From NCBI GenBank assembly GCA_965213625.1, contig CBDBZU010000004.1, positions 3,552,001 through 3,616,000 on the forward strand: a stretch of DNA of 64,000 bases. The letters are read 5' to 3'. This stretch comes from a bacterium (lineage in GTDB: Bacteria; UBA8248). The notes beneath the pieces are model-generated. The model ran no database searches. It saw nothing but the letters and a program-made list of their open reading frames with translations, and was not told the origin of the DNA. A program made the translations under genes and the position numbers. This document shows positions 48,437 to 57,137 of this stretch, one piece after another. Position 1 is the stretch's first letter. Each line of letters begins with the position of its first letter.

Positions 48437-48881
48437 ATCCAACTACTTCGCCTACGGGGCGAACCTGCACGTCGCGCAAATGAAGTCCCTCTGTCCGAAG
48501 AGCGCGCCCGTATGCACTGCGCTCCTTCAGGATTATCGCCTCGCCATCGCCCTGCCCGCGTCATCGCCCGGGAACCAGCCCGGATGGGCGACCGTGACGC
48601 CCCAAAAAGGCGCCGAGACGCCGGGCGCGCTGTTCCGCTTACACGAAGAAGACCTGCCTGCGCTGGATCATTTCGAGGACTACCCCGCGCTCTACGACCG
48701 GATTGAGGTGGATATCGCCACAGGCGAAGGTCCGCTCTGCGCCATGCTCTACATCATGCGGCACCCGATAAGGGCGGCGCGCCCGGCGGCGCACTACGTC
48801 GAGACGCTCAGGCGGGGATACCGCGATTTCGACCTGCCGATGGAGGTGCTGGAGGGCGTTCTGGGGGAGGCCTTTTCCTGA
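48405..48881 (+). CDS. Gamma-glutamylcyclotransferase family protein (start uncertain)
   Basis: YFAYGANL, LDHFEDYPALY. Confidence 0.8.
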   Translation: MRRTTTSATPESNYFAYGANLHVAQMKSLCPKSAPVCTALLQDYRLAIALPASSPGNQPGWATVTPQKGAETPGALFRLHEEDLPALDHFEDYPALYDRIEVDIATGEGPLCAMLYIMRHPIRAARPAAHYVETLRRGYRDFDLPMEVLEGVLGEAFS

Positions 48882-48954
48882 TGGGGTTGTTGAAAGAGTC
48901 CTTTTCGGTTGGGAGTGACCCCTCGATGGTATTGAAGTTCACTCCCCCCTTGAG

Positions 48955-50474
48955 GGGTCTGTTGAAAAACCCGGTGTTGGAAGCGGGCGTTTTGGCGGCT
49001 CACGCGGCGGCGGGGAGGCAGCCCAATCGGCGCGTGAGGGCGCCATGTGCGCGCAGCCGGCGTCTCCGGGCGGCACAGGCCGTCCAGAAGGCGAATATAC
49101 GCGCCGCAAAAGCGGCGGCCAGCCGCTTGAGGTTCACCGCTATCGCCGTCAGGTAGGACTGGATCCGCATGTTCGCAAGGCCCCGGCGCACCGCCCGCCC
49201 CAGTCCGTGCCGGCTCTTCGCCTCGCCGTGGTAGCCCTCCGAGCGCCAACGGTGGCGGCCATAGAGACGCTTCTCCTCCTCCCCCCAGCGCGCATGCCGC
49301 CGACGCGCGCGCAACAGCGCCGGATACGCGTGCGGAATCAACACCGTCCTGCTCGTGCGCGACTTCGACAGACAATCGGGCCTGAGCGCGCAGCCCGCGC
49401 AATCCCGCGTCTTCGATACATAGGAGCGCCCCCGCTCCGTCGCCTGCCGGGGGCGCAGCGTCTTGCCTCCCGGACACTTCACCACCTCGTTGCGCGCGTC
49501 GTAGTGGAACAACTGCAGCGGAACACGGCTCTGGCTGGGTTCCTTCTTCGCTGGTATCAGCGCTTCCACGCCCCGCCGCTCCAATTCGCCGTAAACCTTC
49601 GAGTACGCGTACCCCGAATCCGCCGTCACCATCTCCGGCGTGCGGCCCGACAACTCGCTTACCGCCTCTATATGGGACGCCATCATCTCACGCTCGTTCC
49701 GCGTCCCCTCCGTCACCGACACGTCGAGAACAACACCCCGCTCATCGTCCACCGCCGCGTGCTGCTTGTAGCTCGGCTCGAACCCCGCCCGCGCGCTCTT
49801 GCGCGCAAGCCGCGCGTCCGGGTCCGTCCGGCTCACCGGACCCCCGCCACCGCGGCCTCCTCCCTTCTTCCCGACCTCATCATCGACGGGATTCTCCTGA
49901 ATCACCTTCTCCGCGTGGTGCGCCGCCAGGCTCTCCCAGCTCACGTCCGCGCGTATCAACGAGGCGTCCACGTGCACCACTTCCCCCTTCGCCACATTCG
50001 CCTCCAGGCAAGCCTGCACCGTGCGACGGAATATCTCCTTGAACCGTGCCTCCCCCCAGCGCTGACGTATCCGCGTCAGGCTCGAATGATGCGGCAACTC
50101 CTCGTGCAGCCCGTACCCGATGAACCACCGGATCGCCAGGTGCGCACGCGCCTCGCGAAGCAGGCGACGGTCGTGAACGTAGCCCAGCAACATACCCGCC
50201 AGCATCAAGCGGAGCGCCACCTCCGGGTCGATCCCCGGACGACCGTTATCCGCGCAATAGCAATCCGCCACCTCCTCCCGTAGCCAGCTCAAATCCAGTA
50301 CGTGGTCCACGCGCATCAGGACGTGATCCTCGGGGATCAGCCGTTCCAGCGAACCGGCCACGAACAAATCCATCTGCTCGCGCCTCTTGCTGCCTATCAT
50401 CGAGGGAACTCCCATCTCGGGCGAGATAGTGTCATTACACCCAATCACAATGCCGGGGCTTTTTCAACAGCCCC
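48955..50474 (-). mobile_element. IS1182-family insertion sequence, copy 3 (1520 bp)
   Basis: IRs gggtctgttgaaaaa / tttttcaacagcccc; flanks ttgag and ctcaa. Confidence 0.92.
49000..50400 (-). CDS. IS1182-family DDE transposase
   Basis: Close paralog of 5008-6408. Confidence 0.92.
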   Translation of the reverse strand: MIGSKRREQMDLFVAGSLERLIPEDHVLMRVDHVLDLSWLREEVADCYCADNGRPGIDPEVALRLMLAGMLLGYVHDRRLLREARAHLAIRWFIGYGLHEELPHHSSLTRIRQRWGEARFKEIFRRTVQACLEANVAKGEVVHVDASLIRADVSWESLAAHHAEKVIQENPVDDEVGKKGGGRGGGGPVSRTDPDARLARKSARAGFEPSYKQHAAVDDERGVVLDVSVTEGTRNEREMMASHIEAVSELSGRTPEMVTADSGYAYSKVYGELERRGVEALIPAKKEPSQSRVPLQLFHYDARNEVVKCPGGKTLRPRQATERGRSYVSKTRDCAGCALRPDCLSKSRTSRTVLIPHAYPALLRARRRHARWGEEEKRLYGRHRWRSEGYHGEAKSRHGLGRAVRRGLANMRIQSYLTAIAVNLKRLAAAFAARIFAFWTACAARRRRLRAHGALTRRLGCLPAAA

Positions 50475-50612
50475 CTCAAGGGGGGAGTGATTGTTTGGCG
50501 CTCTGCAACGGGGAAGTGATGCCTCCCCTCTCCCCGGTCGGTTACATTAGCTGAATAACAAAATCGGGACTTATTCAACAACTCCTTGAGATGATCACCT
50601 GTCGGCCCAACG

Positions 50613-51053
50613 TTAGTCGGCGGTCCTCTCCAACAGCCGTTGCAAGGCGAGCATCGCCGTCTCGCTCTGCTTCATCGTCAGCTCGCTCTGCTTCATCGTC
50701 AATTCGTTCTGCTTGATCAGCACGTCCGTTCGTTTCATTGATTCTTCGTGCTGCCTGGCAAAGGCGTCCGCCATAATATCAGTCCGTCTCATGGATTCTT
50801 CCTGCAGCCTTGTCAGCGCATCCGTTCGCTTCATGGACTCTTCGTGCTGCTTGCTCAAGGCGTCCGCCATGACATCTATCTGCCTCATCATGGCGTCGAT
50901 CTGCCTGTCCGTCTGGAGGGCGCGTCTCTCGGAGGCGTCGCTCATTCGCTTGATGCCGTAAAAAAACAGGCCCGATTGCAGCATGCCCACGAACAAGGCC
51001 ACACCGGCCTGAACCCAACCCACGAGTAAAGTCGCCTGCTGAAACTCGGTCAT
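50613..51053 (-). CDS. Hypothetical single-TM coiled-coil protein with internal repeats
   Basis: Hydrophobic N-terminus, QHEESMKRTD-type repeats, 21-bp tandem repeat (KQSELTM); RBS ggagaaggg; paralog at 53674. Confidence 0.75.
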   Translation of the reverse strand: MTEFQQATLLVGWVQAGVALFVGMLQSGLFFYGIKRMSDASERRALQTDRQIDAMMRQIDVMADALSKQHEESMKRTDALTRLQEESMRRTDIMADAFARQHEESMKRTDVLIKQNELTMKQSELTMKQSETAMLALQRLLERTAD

Positions 51054-51201
51054 TTCCCTTCTCCCACGCCTGAGAATAAATTAATACGCGAGACGTCATC
51101 AACCCGTCTCACCTCGGGTGGGTCCTCAGTTGTCGGTTACGTTGCCAAGGAGTTTAGCATGAACGAAAAAAATGCGTAAGCGCCGGAATTAAACCGTTTC
51201 C

Positions 51202-51687
51202 CTAGAAGTCGCCCTTCTCCTGCAGGTAGGGAATGAGGCCGCCCGCCTCGATCATCGACCAAAGGCCGTCGGGGAACGGTGGGAAGGTAATCGTCTCATC
51301 GCCGGCGCGGGCCTCGCCCGCCATGGGGTCCACTTCTATCTCATCGCCCGCCTGGATGGTGTCGGTATCGCAGGCGATGACAGGCAGCCCCGAATTGATG
51401 GCGTTTCGGTAGAACATGTGCCCGAAGCTCTTCGCGAGCACGCAGCTTACCCCGAGTTCCCTGAGCACGACGGCGGAATCCTGACGGCTGCTGACGAGGC
51501 CAAAGTTCTCCCCCGCCACCAACACGTCGCCTTGCTGCACCTTTTCCGAGAATTCAGGGTCGATTTCCTTGAAGGCGTCGCGCTTTAATTCCTCCAGCGT
51601 AGTGCCCGGCGAGCGGTATTTGACGGACAGATGCACGTCGGTGCTGATGTCGTCCCCGAAGCGGTGTACGCGTCCCCTCATCTCCAA
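51202..51687 (-). CDS. Aconitase-family dehydratase small subunit (LeuD/HacB-like)
   Basis: FGDDISTD, AGENFG.SSR, AKSFGHMFYRNAINSG. Confidence 0.88.
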   Translation of the reverse strand: MEMRGRVHRFGDDISTDVHLSVKYRSPGTTLEELKRDAFKEIDPEFSEKVQQGDVLVAGENFGLVSSRQDSAVVLRELGVSCVLAKSFGHMFYRNAINSGLPVIACDTDTIQAGDEIEVDPMAGEARAGDETITFPPFPDGLWSMIEAGGLIPYLQEKGDF

Positions 51688-51727
51688 AACGTAATCCTCC
51701 TTGCCGTGTGCGCCATCCTCGCAGGCC

Positions 51728-52984
51728 CTATAAAAATTCCCTGGGGTCGGTGATGCGGCCCGTCACGGCGCTCGCCGCCACCGTGGCAGGTGAGCCTAGA
51801 TAGATTTCGGCCTCCTTGCTGCCGAGCCTGCCGGGGAAATTCCGGTTCGCGGAAGATATGGCGCGCTCCCCATCGGCGAGACAGCCGTTTCCCGTCATCG
51901 AGGCGCACGGCCCGCAGGCGGCGGTGAGCACGGCGGCCCCCGCTTCGGCCAAAGCCCCGATGGCTCCGCTCGCTGCGGCGGCCTCGTAAATTTTCTTGCT
52001 CGTGGGCGCGACATAGAATCGAACGCCCGGCGCGATTTTTCTACCGCGCACGATCTTAGCCGCGATCTCGATGTCCTCGAGCCTTCCGTTCGTGCAGGTG
52101 CCCACGAACGCCTGCTGGACGGGAAGGCCCGCGTAGTCCTCTACGGGATGCGCGTTCCCCGTGGCGGGAGGAGCGGCCACGACGGGCGTGAGCGCAGAAA
52201 TATCGAGATGGATTCTCCGGGCGTATACGGCGTCCTCATCCGGCGCCACCGCCCCATCCACGGGCGCGCCGTGCGCCCGCGCCCAGTCGAGCGCCTTCTC
52301 GTCCACCTCCATGACGCCCGTCTTCGCCCCCATGTCGACCGACATGTTCGCGACCGTGAAGCGCGCGTCCATCGAGAGGTCGGCGAGCGCCGCGCCGCCG
52401 TATTCCACCGCCATGTAGTTCGCGCCGTTCTCACCCATCTCGCGCGCGAGCGTCAGTTCCATATCCTTCGAGAACACGCCGTGGGCGAGCGCGCCGGTGA
52501 ACTCCACGCGAACGCTCTCGGGCGTCTTGAACCACAGCTTGCCGGTGGCGTAGGCGGAGGCGATCTCCACGCTCTCCACCGCCACGCCCATCGCGCCCAG
52601 CGCCCCGTATGTGCAGACGTGGCTGTCGCCCCCCACGGTGAGCGCGCCGGGGCCCACGCGGCCCTCTTCGGTCACCACGGTATGGCAGACGCCCGCGCCC
52701 GGCTCGAACACCTCGACGCCGTGCTCCTCGCCGAAGATTCTCAGCTTCTTGTGGTGGTTCGCCCAGAGAACGTCCTGGGCGGGGACGAAATGATCGATGA
52801 TGAAATCGGTCTTCTTCGGGTCCATCCGGAACTCGAAGCCGGCTTCACGGAAGATGTCGACCGCCTTCGGCCCCTTGGCGTCGCCCGCCATGACGTAGTC
52901 GAGCTCTGCGATTACCAGATCGCCCGCCCTGGCCTCGCTTCCTGAGTGCGCGGAGAGGATTTTCTCCGCCATCGTCTGACCCAC
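51728..52984 (-). CDS. Aconitase-family dehydratase large subunit (LeuC/HacA-like)
   Basis: QTMAEKIL, IDH, GVCH, DSHVCTYGA, GTCTNGR, CGPC, NRNFPGR. Confidence 0.9.
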   Translation of the reverse strand: MGQTMAEKILSAHSGSEARAGDLVIAELDYVMAGDAKGPKAVDIFREAGFEFRMDPKKTDFIIDHFVPAQDVLWANHHKKLRIFGEEHGVEVFEPGAGVCHTVVTEEGRVGPGALTVGGDSHVCTYGALGAMGVAVESVEIASAYATGKLWFKTPESVRVEFTGALAHGVFSKDMELTLAREMGENGANYMAVEYGGAALADLSMDARFTVANMSVDMGAKTGVMEVDEKALDWARAHGAPVDGAVAPDEDAVYARRIHLDISALTPVVAAPPATGNAHPVEDYAGLPVQQAFVGTCTNGRLEDIEIAAKIVRGRKIAPGVRFYVAPTSKKIYEAAAASGAIGALAEAGAAVLTAACGPCASMTGNGCLADGERAISSANRNFPGRLGSKEAEIYLGSPATVAASAVTGRITDPREFL

Positions 52985-53020
52985 GGTGTTCTCCTTGCTG
53001 TATTCCGTAAAGCGATTCAC

Positions 53021-53215
53021 CTAAAAAGCTTTGGTAAGACCCGCCTGCTTGAGCACCGCGTTGGCCGTATGGCGGGACTTGATTTCATTATCTACCGGAA
53101 AACGCTTCGAAGTTAAGGGGCTGTACCAGATTTCATGATCGCCCCTGCCCTGCCGCTCGAAGCGGCAACCTTCCTCGCGCAGAAGTTTTTTCAATTCCCT
53201 AGTGTAGTTTCCCAC
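53021..53215 (-). CDS. HicA-family toxin
   Basis: RQGRGDHEIWYSP, SRHTANAVLKQAG. Confidence 0.88.
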   Translation of the reverse strand: MGNYTRELKKLLREEGCRFERQGRGDHEIWYSPLTSKRFPVDNEIKSRHTANAVLKQAGLTKAF

Positions 53216-53218
53216 GGA

Positions 53219-53461
53219 TCAGGCGAATTGGACTTCCCGTTCGAACGCGCCAAAATGCGTTTTCGCCTGACGCGGCAAGACGCCTTCCAAAAGGTGGGCA
53301 TTCAATTCCAGGAGTTCCGGAATGAGATTTTTCAGTTTCTCTTCGAGTTCCTCGGGCGTGGGCGCTTCGGCGACGAGTCCGGGTACGTCTTCGCTCTCGG
53401 CCACCCAGACCCGAGCCTCCGAATCCCATTCCGCGAAAACTTCAATGATTTCCCGCGCCAT
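53219..53461 (-). CDS. DUF1902/HicB-like antitoxin
   Basis: AEWDSEARVWVAESEDVPGLVAEAPT, IPELLELN. Confidence 0.82.
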   Translation of the reverse strand: MAREIIEVFAEWDSEARVWVAESEDVPGLVAEAPTPEELEEKLKNLIPELLELNAHLLEGVLPRQAKTHFGAFEREVQFA

Positions 53462-53673
53462 TGCCCGTCTCCATCCTCGCCTCCGCCAAACGGCGGCAGG
53501 AAATTCCATGTTATCCCTTCAGATTCTCGTGTCAATCGCTTGGGGATTTCTCACGACGATCAATCGATATAGTGTTCATTAGGAGCCGGATACGCCGTGT
53601 CTTTGACTTATCCTCCGCTATTGGAGAAACTGGCCGGACTGGCTGCTACACGAGGCAGACTGGAGAGAACCGA

Positions 53674-53943
53674 ATGACGGAATACGAAGCCGCAAGCCTC
53701 ACTTTACAACTAGCCGCCATATGGGTCGCCGCCATCGTCGGGGCCGCGCAATGCAGCCTCATCGAGATTGGACTCTACATCATGCGACAGGCGTCGAAGC
53801 AGCGCGACGCCCAGCATCGTGAAAACATGGCGCTGCATCGAGAGACCATGGCTTCGCTGCAGGCTCAGCGCGAGGCACAAAGCGAACAGCATCAGGAAAA
53901 CATGGAGGCGCTCAGGGAACTCATCCGGCGCACGTCTGCGTAG
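53674..53943 (+). CDS. Hypothetical single-TM coiled-coil protein (paralog of 50613-51053)
   Basis: MTEYEAASL.., HRENM/HRETM/HQENM repeats, ALRELIRRTSA; RBS ggagag. Confidence 0.75.
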   Translation: MTEYEAASLTLQLAAIWVAAIVGAAQCSLIEIGLYIMRQASKQRDAQHRENMALHRETMASLQAQREAQSEQHQENMEALRELIRRTSA

Positions 53944-53972
53944 ACAGTGCGAGGGGGTGGGTGAGGGAGGTG

Positions 53973-54097
53973 TCACCGCCCCCGCCGTCTCGGCTTTTTC
54001 CTGACCCCTGCCTCCAGCGGCGCGCACATTTTTCGTACAGGGCGAAGAGGCGCTCCACGCGTTCGTGCTCGGCGGCGAAGCCGGTGCGGCGGTAGAG
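53973..54097 (-). pseudogene. C-terminal remnant resembling an MmeI-type restriction-modification enzyme
   Basis: LYRRTGFAAEHERVERLFALYEK, then a frameshift to MCAPLEAGVRKKPRRRGR*. Confidence 0.6.
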
Positions 54098-54249
54098 GAT
54101 GATTATGTTTTGGGCGTTTCGGATTGATTTCAGGAGCGATGCTTTCCTCATGATGTTCTTGGGATAGGAATATCTCATATTTACCGGCGTGGTTCCTAGC
54201 GGGGTGGTATGAATCGATCTTGTCGGCGGCCCCAAGGGTTCGTTCTCGC

Positions 54250-54670
54250 CAGGACAGGTCGCGACCTGTCCCTACGGGTCCTCCATCTACCCGGTCGGGT
54301 CGCATTTATGTCGGACATATATGTCCGACATACAACAGGGATATTCATTTTCATCGTCATCCCAACATGCGCCGGAATGACGAAAAAAATCGGGCGGAAA
54401 CATTCGCTCTTCCCTTCCTCAGGGAAGCACGACACCCCTACAAAACCCGCAAACCCTCACTCACCGGTCGGGTTTCACCTCACCCTGAGTAGCGGCGAAG
54501 CCGCGTATCGAAGGGCGCTCTCCCTCGATACGGCGCGCAAGCACGCCTACTCGGGATGAAGATGGTATTTCTGGCTAATGCGACGAATGCGCTACAGGCA
54601 TTTTCCCCTTCTGAAGGGGTTTTCAACAGGTCCACATCACTCGCGTTTAACCCTCAAGGGAGGAGTGAAT
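54250..54670. repeat. REP-like cluster of several families plus an orphan IS-type end
   Basis: ggacaggtcgcgacctgtccctac; tatgtcggacatatatgtccgacata; caccctgagtagcggcgaagccgcgtatcgaagg (inverse of ~38033-38066); ggggttttcaacaggtcc; ccctcaagggaggagtga. Confidence 0.7.
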
Positions 54671-54728
54671 ATTGAGCGCTCTACAATGGGGGAGTGTATT
54701 TCTTTTCTCCATAAGTCGACTTCCGCAC

Positions 54729-55277
54729 TTACTCATCAGGTCGGTGGCGCGAAAGGGCACGAGAGAGGATGTCGCGCGCAGGCCCTGAGCCGTCGAGTGC
54801 GCGCAGTTTTCTGCTCTTTATTTTCCAGCCCTCCGGCGTGCGCGTAAGCTCCCAGCGGTTGGCGAGGACGCGGTGGATGCGGTAGCCGGTGGAGACGCCG
54901 TGGTTGGGCAGTTCGCGCTCCTCACCCTCGGCATCCGGGTGGATGAGCTGCAGGTAGGAGGTGACGCAGGCCGTGTCGCCGTCTAGTTCGACGTGCGGCA
55001 GGCCAGCGAAGTGGGCGAGGCCGCCTTCGATCGCCTCTTGATGCGCGGGCCTTTGGGTAATGGCGGCGATGGCCTCGTTCCCGAGCGTGTAGTCGAGGCT
55101 CTCGCCCCGGTCGAATATGCCCTCCTCGGTGAAGACGGCGCGGGTGTAATCGTCCGCGCCGGTGTCCGCACTCGGTGGATGCGAAGCTATCAAGTTGTAG
55201 ATTTCGAGCCTGTCCTCGATATCGCGCAACCGCGCTTCGAGCGATGCGGCGTCCGGCGCGCTTTCGGCGTCTGTCAT
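54729..55277 (-). CDS. SnoaL/NTF2-like protein
   Basis: LEARLRDIEDRLEIYNLIA, VFTEEG, VELDGDTA, RTPEGWKIKSR. Confidence 0.85.
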   Translation of the reverse strand: MTDAESAPDAASLEARLRDIEDRLEIYNLIASHPPSADTGADDYTRAVFTEEGIFDRGESLDYTLGNEAIAAITQRPAHQEAIEGGLAHFAGLPHVELDGDTACVTSYLQLIHPDAEGEERELPNHGVSTGYRIHRVLANRWELTRTPEGWKIKSRKLRALDGSGPARDILSRALSRHRPDE

Positions 55278-55379
55278 GTCGTCTCTCCCCCGGTGATGGA
55301 ATGTGGGATGAGTATATCGCAAATTTCGGACGTGGTTCCTCCATGGCCGGATTTCATCCTGTGGGGGCGCGTTCCTCCC

Positions 55380-55570
55380 TTGAGCGTTCGGGCATCCCGA
55401 GTGGCATGCCCGATGAAAAAGACCTCTTATTTAGAGAGTAGAGGGGCCGCCCCTCTCGACTGGAACGGCAACCCCCCTACCCCCCCCCTTGTCAGGGGGG
55501 TAAAGACGATGCCCCCCGACGATGGGGTGAAAGAAAAGCCCCCTGAGGAGGGGGGTAAGTGGGGTTGGTA
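55380..55570. repeat. REP-like cluster
   Basis: gggcatcccgagtggcatgcccgatgaaaaag (cf. 8822-8857); cccccccttgtcagggggg (cf. ~4806-4824). Confidence 0.6.
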
Positions 55571-55867
55571 GGTGGCGGGGTTCCTCCTTTCGAGAACAGC
55601 AACCCCTCCCTCCCCGGTTTGATTCCGAATAGTCTCCTCCGCATTAACCCTCATTTGCGCATATCGCGCGTGAAGCAATTTTCGCTACACTGGCGCGCAA
55701 GGTTCGCCGTCCGTGGCGGTTCGACAACTTGCGGGCGGGGGCGTTTCGGGAGAGCATCGAGATGGGAGCAGAAGGAAGGACGATGTGTCGAAGAGGTGAT
55801 GATTTGAGGACTTCGAACAGGGTTTCCCGAACGAGGTTCGCAGGCGCAAAGAGCCCACTCTGAATTC

Positions 55868-56027
55868 CTGAAAATATCGATAAATATAGATAAATTCACG
55901 GGGTTTTTCGGTAAATTGCTGTAAATTAATTTTTGGGGATATGACGGCCGGGGGCCGCGACGCAGGGGAATTTTGCCATGGCCCGCACCTTCCGCGATAA
56001 CGGCAAATGCGGGGAGCTGCGGGGGTG
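55868..56027 (+). repeat. ~160-bp dispersed intergenic element, copy B
   Basis: Aligns with the reverse complement of 1558-1718. Confidence 0.85.
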
Positions 56028-56106
56028 GATGCGCTTACAGTGAAAAATACGCGCAGGCATCATAACCGGCTGATAATTAACGGGTTTCTCGAAGAAGGAG
56101 AGCGTT

Positions 56107-56469
56107 TTGGACTGGATAGGAGTGGGACTCTTGGTGCTGGGCGCCATCGTGGGCACGCTCAACGCGGCCACAGGCGTGGGCTGGGGCATCATCATGATGC
56201 CCGTGCTCTTCCTCATCCCCGGGCTCACGCCCCAGCAGGCGGTGGCGGTGTCGATTCTCGCCTACCTGTTCAACTCGCTGGTCGCCTCGTTCGAGAACGT
56301 GCGAGGCGGGCTAATCGTTTGGAATTACGCGGTTTATCTCAGCATCGGGGCCATCATCGGTGGGGTCCTGGGCGCGCATCTGCTCCAGACATTCTCGGCG
56401 CTGACGCTCAAGAGAATCGTGGGCGTCGTTGTGATCGGCGCAGGCGCGAGCCTGCTCATCAACCGCTGA
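56107..56469 (+). CDS. Half-size TauE/SafE (TSUP) family membrane protein
   Basis: GVGWGIIMMPVL, QAVAVS, GAIIGGVLGA; 120 aa; RBS aaggag before TTG. Confidence 0.8.
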   Translation: MDWIGVGLLVLGAIVGTLNAATGVGWGIIMMPVLFLIPGLTPQQAVAVSILAYLFNSLVASFENVRGGLIVWNYAVYLSIGAIIGGVLGAHLLQTFSALTLKRIVGVVVIGAGASLLINR

Positions 56470-56472
56470 GAA

Positions 56473-56502
56473 GAAAACCCCCCGTCAATGACGAGGGGTT
56501 TC
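56473..56502. terminator. Probable (bidirectional) intrinsic terminator
   Basis: gaaaaccccccgtcaatgacgaggggtttc hairpin between convergent genes. Confidence 0.6.
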
Positions 56503-56605
56503 ATACTGCTTGCCCCTTATAGGCTTCCGACTGTCATCGCAGAGTAGATAAAGCACACGAAATCAGCGATTTAACGTAATCTGTTTCATGCGATACATCG
56601 GTCGG

Positions 56606-56746
56606 CTATCCCAGCAGCTTCCTCTTCATCCAGCCCAAAGCCCGCGCCACGGCGGAGAACAGCCCGCCCACTCACGTGGGGCAGGCCGCTTGTTCCGGCG
56701 GCGTTTGGCCCTTATCGTGAATCTTCTCCTGCGTGGGGTTCGGCAT
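56606..56746 (-). CDS. Putative 46-aa selenoprotein with CPTU motif (absent from ORF track)
   Basis: MPNPTQEKIHDKGQTPPEQAACPT-UGA-VGGLFSAVARALGWMKRKLLG-UAG; ATG only 3 nt after the DUF971 stop, purine-rich RBS; UGA at 56674-56672. Confidence 0.6.
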
Positions 56747-56749
56747 GAT

Positions 56750-57103
56750 TCAGCCCTTTCCTCCCTGCGAGCTTTCGTCGCGCCCGGGGGCGATATCGTA
56801 AAGATAATCAAACGAATAGATGCCCGCGCCGCAGCCGCCCCGCCAGATGAAATTAATGGCGTAGCGCCCCACCATCTCCACGTTCTCGAGCTCTGTCGGT
56901 CCACTCGGCCCCGAGAGGACGGCGAGGGGGTTTTTCTCGCGCTCCTTGCGCTCCTCCTTGCAGTTCGCGCACGGGCAAAGGGCCGCGAGATAATCGAAGC
57001 CGTAGGCGCTCTTCTCCCCGCTCGCCCACTCGACGCGAAACTCACGGGCGGGCTTGTCCACCGTGAGATCGACGGGATGGGCCTTTTCGACAGGCGCGCT
57101 CAT
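56750..57103 (-). CDS. DUF971 (GBBH-like N-terminal) protein
   Basis: LCPCANC, VGRYAINFIW, GIYSFDYL. Confidence 0.88.
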   Translation of the reverse strand: MSAPVEKAHPVDLTVDKPAREFRVEWASGEKSAYGFDYLAALCPCANCKEERKEREKNPLAVLSGPSGPTELENVEMVGRYAINFIWRGGCGAGIYSFDYLYDIAPGRDESSQGGKG

Positions 57104-57137
57104 AAGACGCTGGACTCCTGATGGCGTTTACGGCGCA

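Larger units (their letters stand above)
48883..50585. mobile_element. MITE-like shell with IS1182-type ends around IS copy 3
   Basis: ggggttgttgaaagagtcc at 48883 and ggacttattcaacaactcc ending at 50585. Confidence 0.6.

Noticed and set aside
56467-56500. Readthrough of the TauE-like UGA to give a full-length transporter
   Set aside because: Followed directly by a terminator hairpin with no continuing TauE-like hydrophobic sequence
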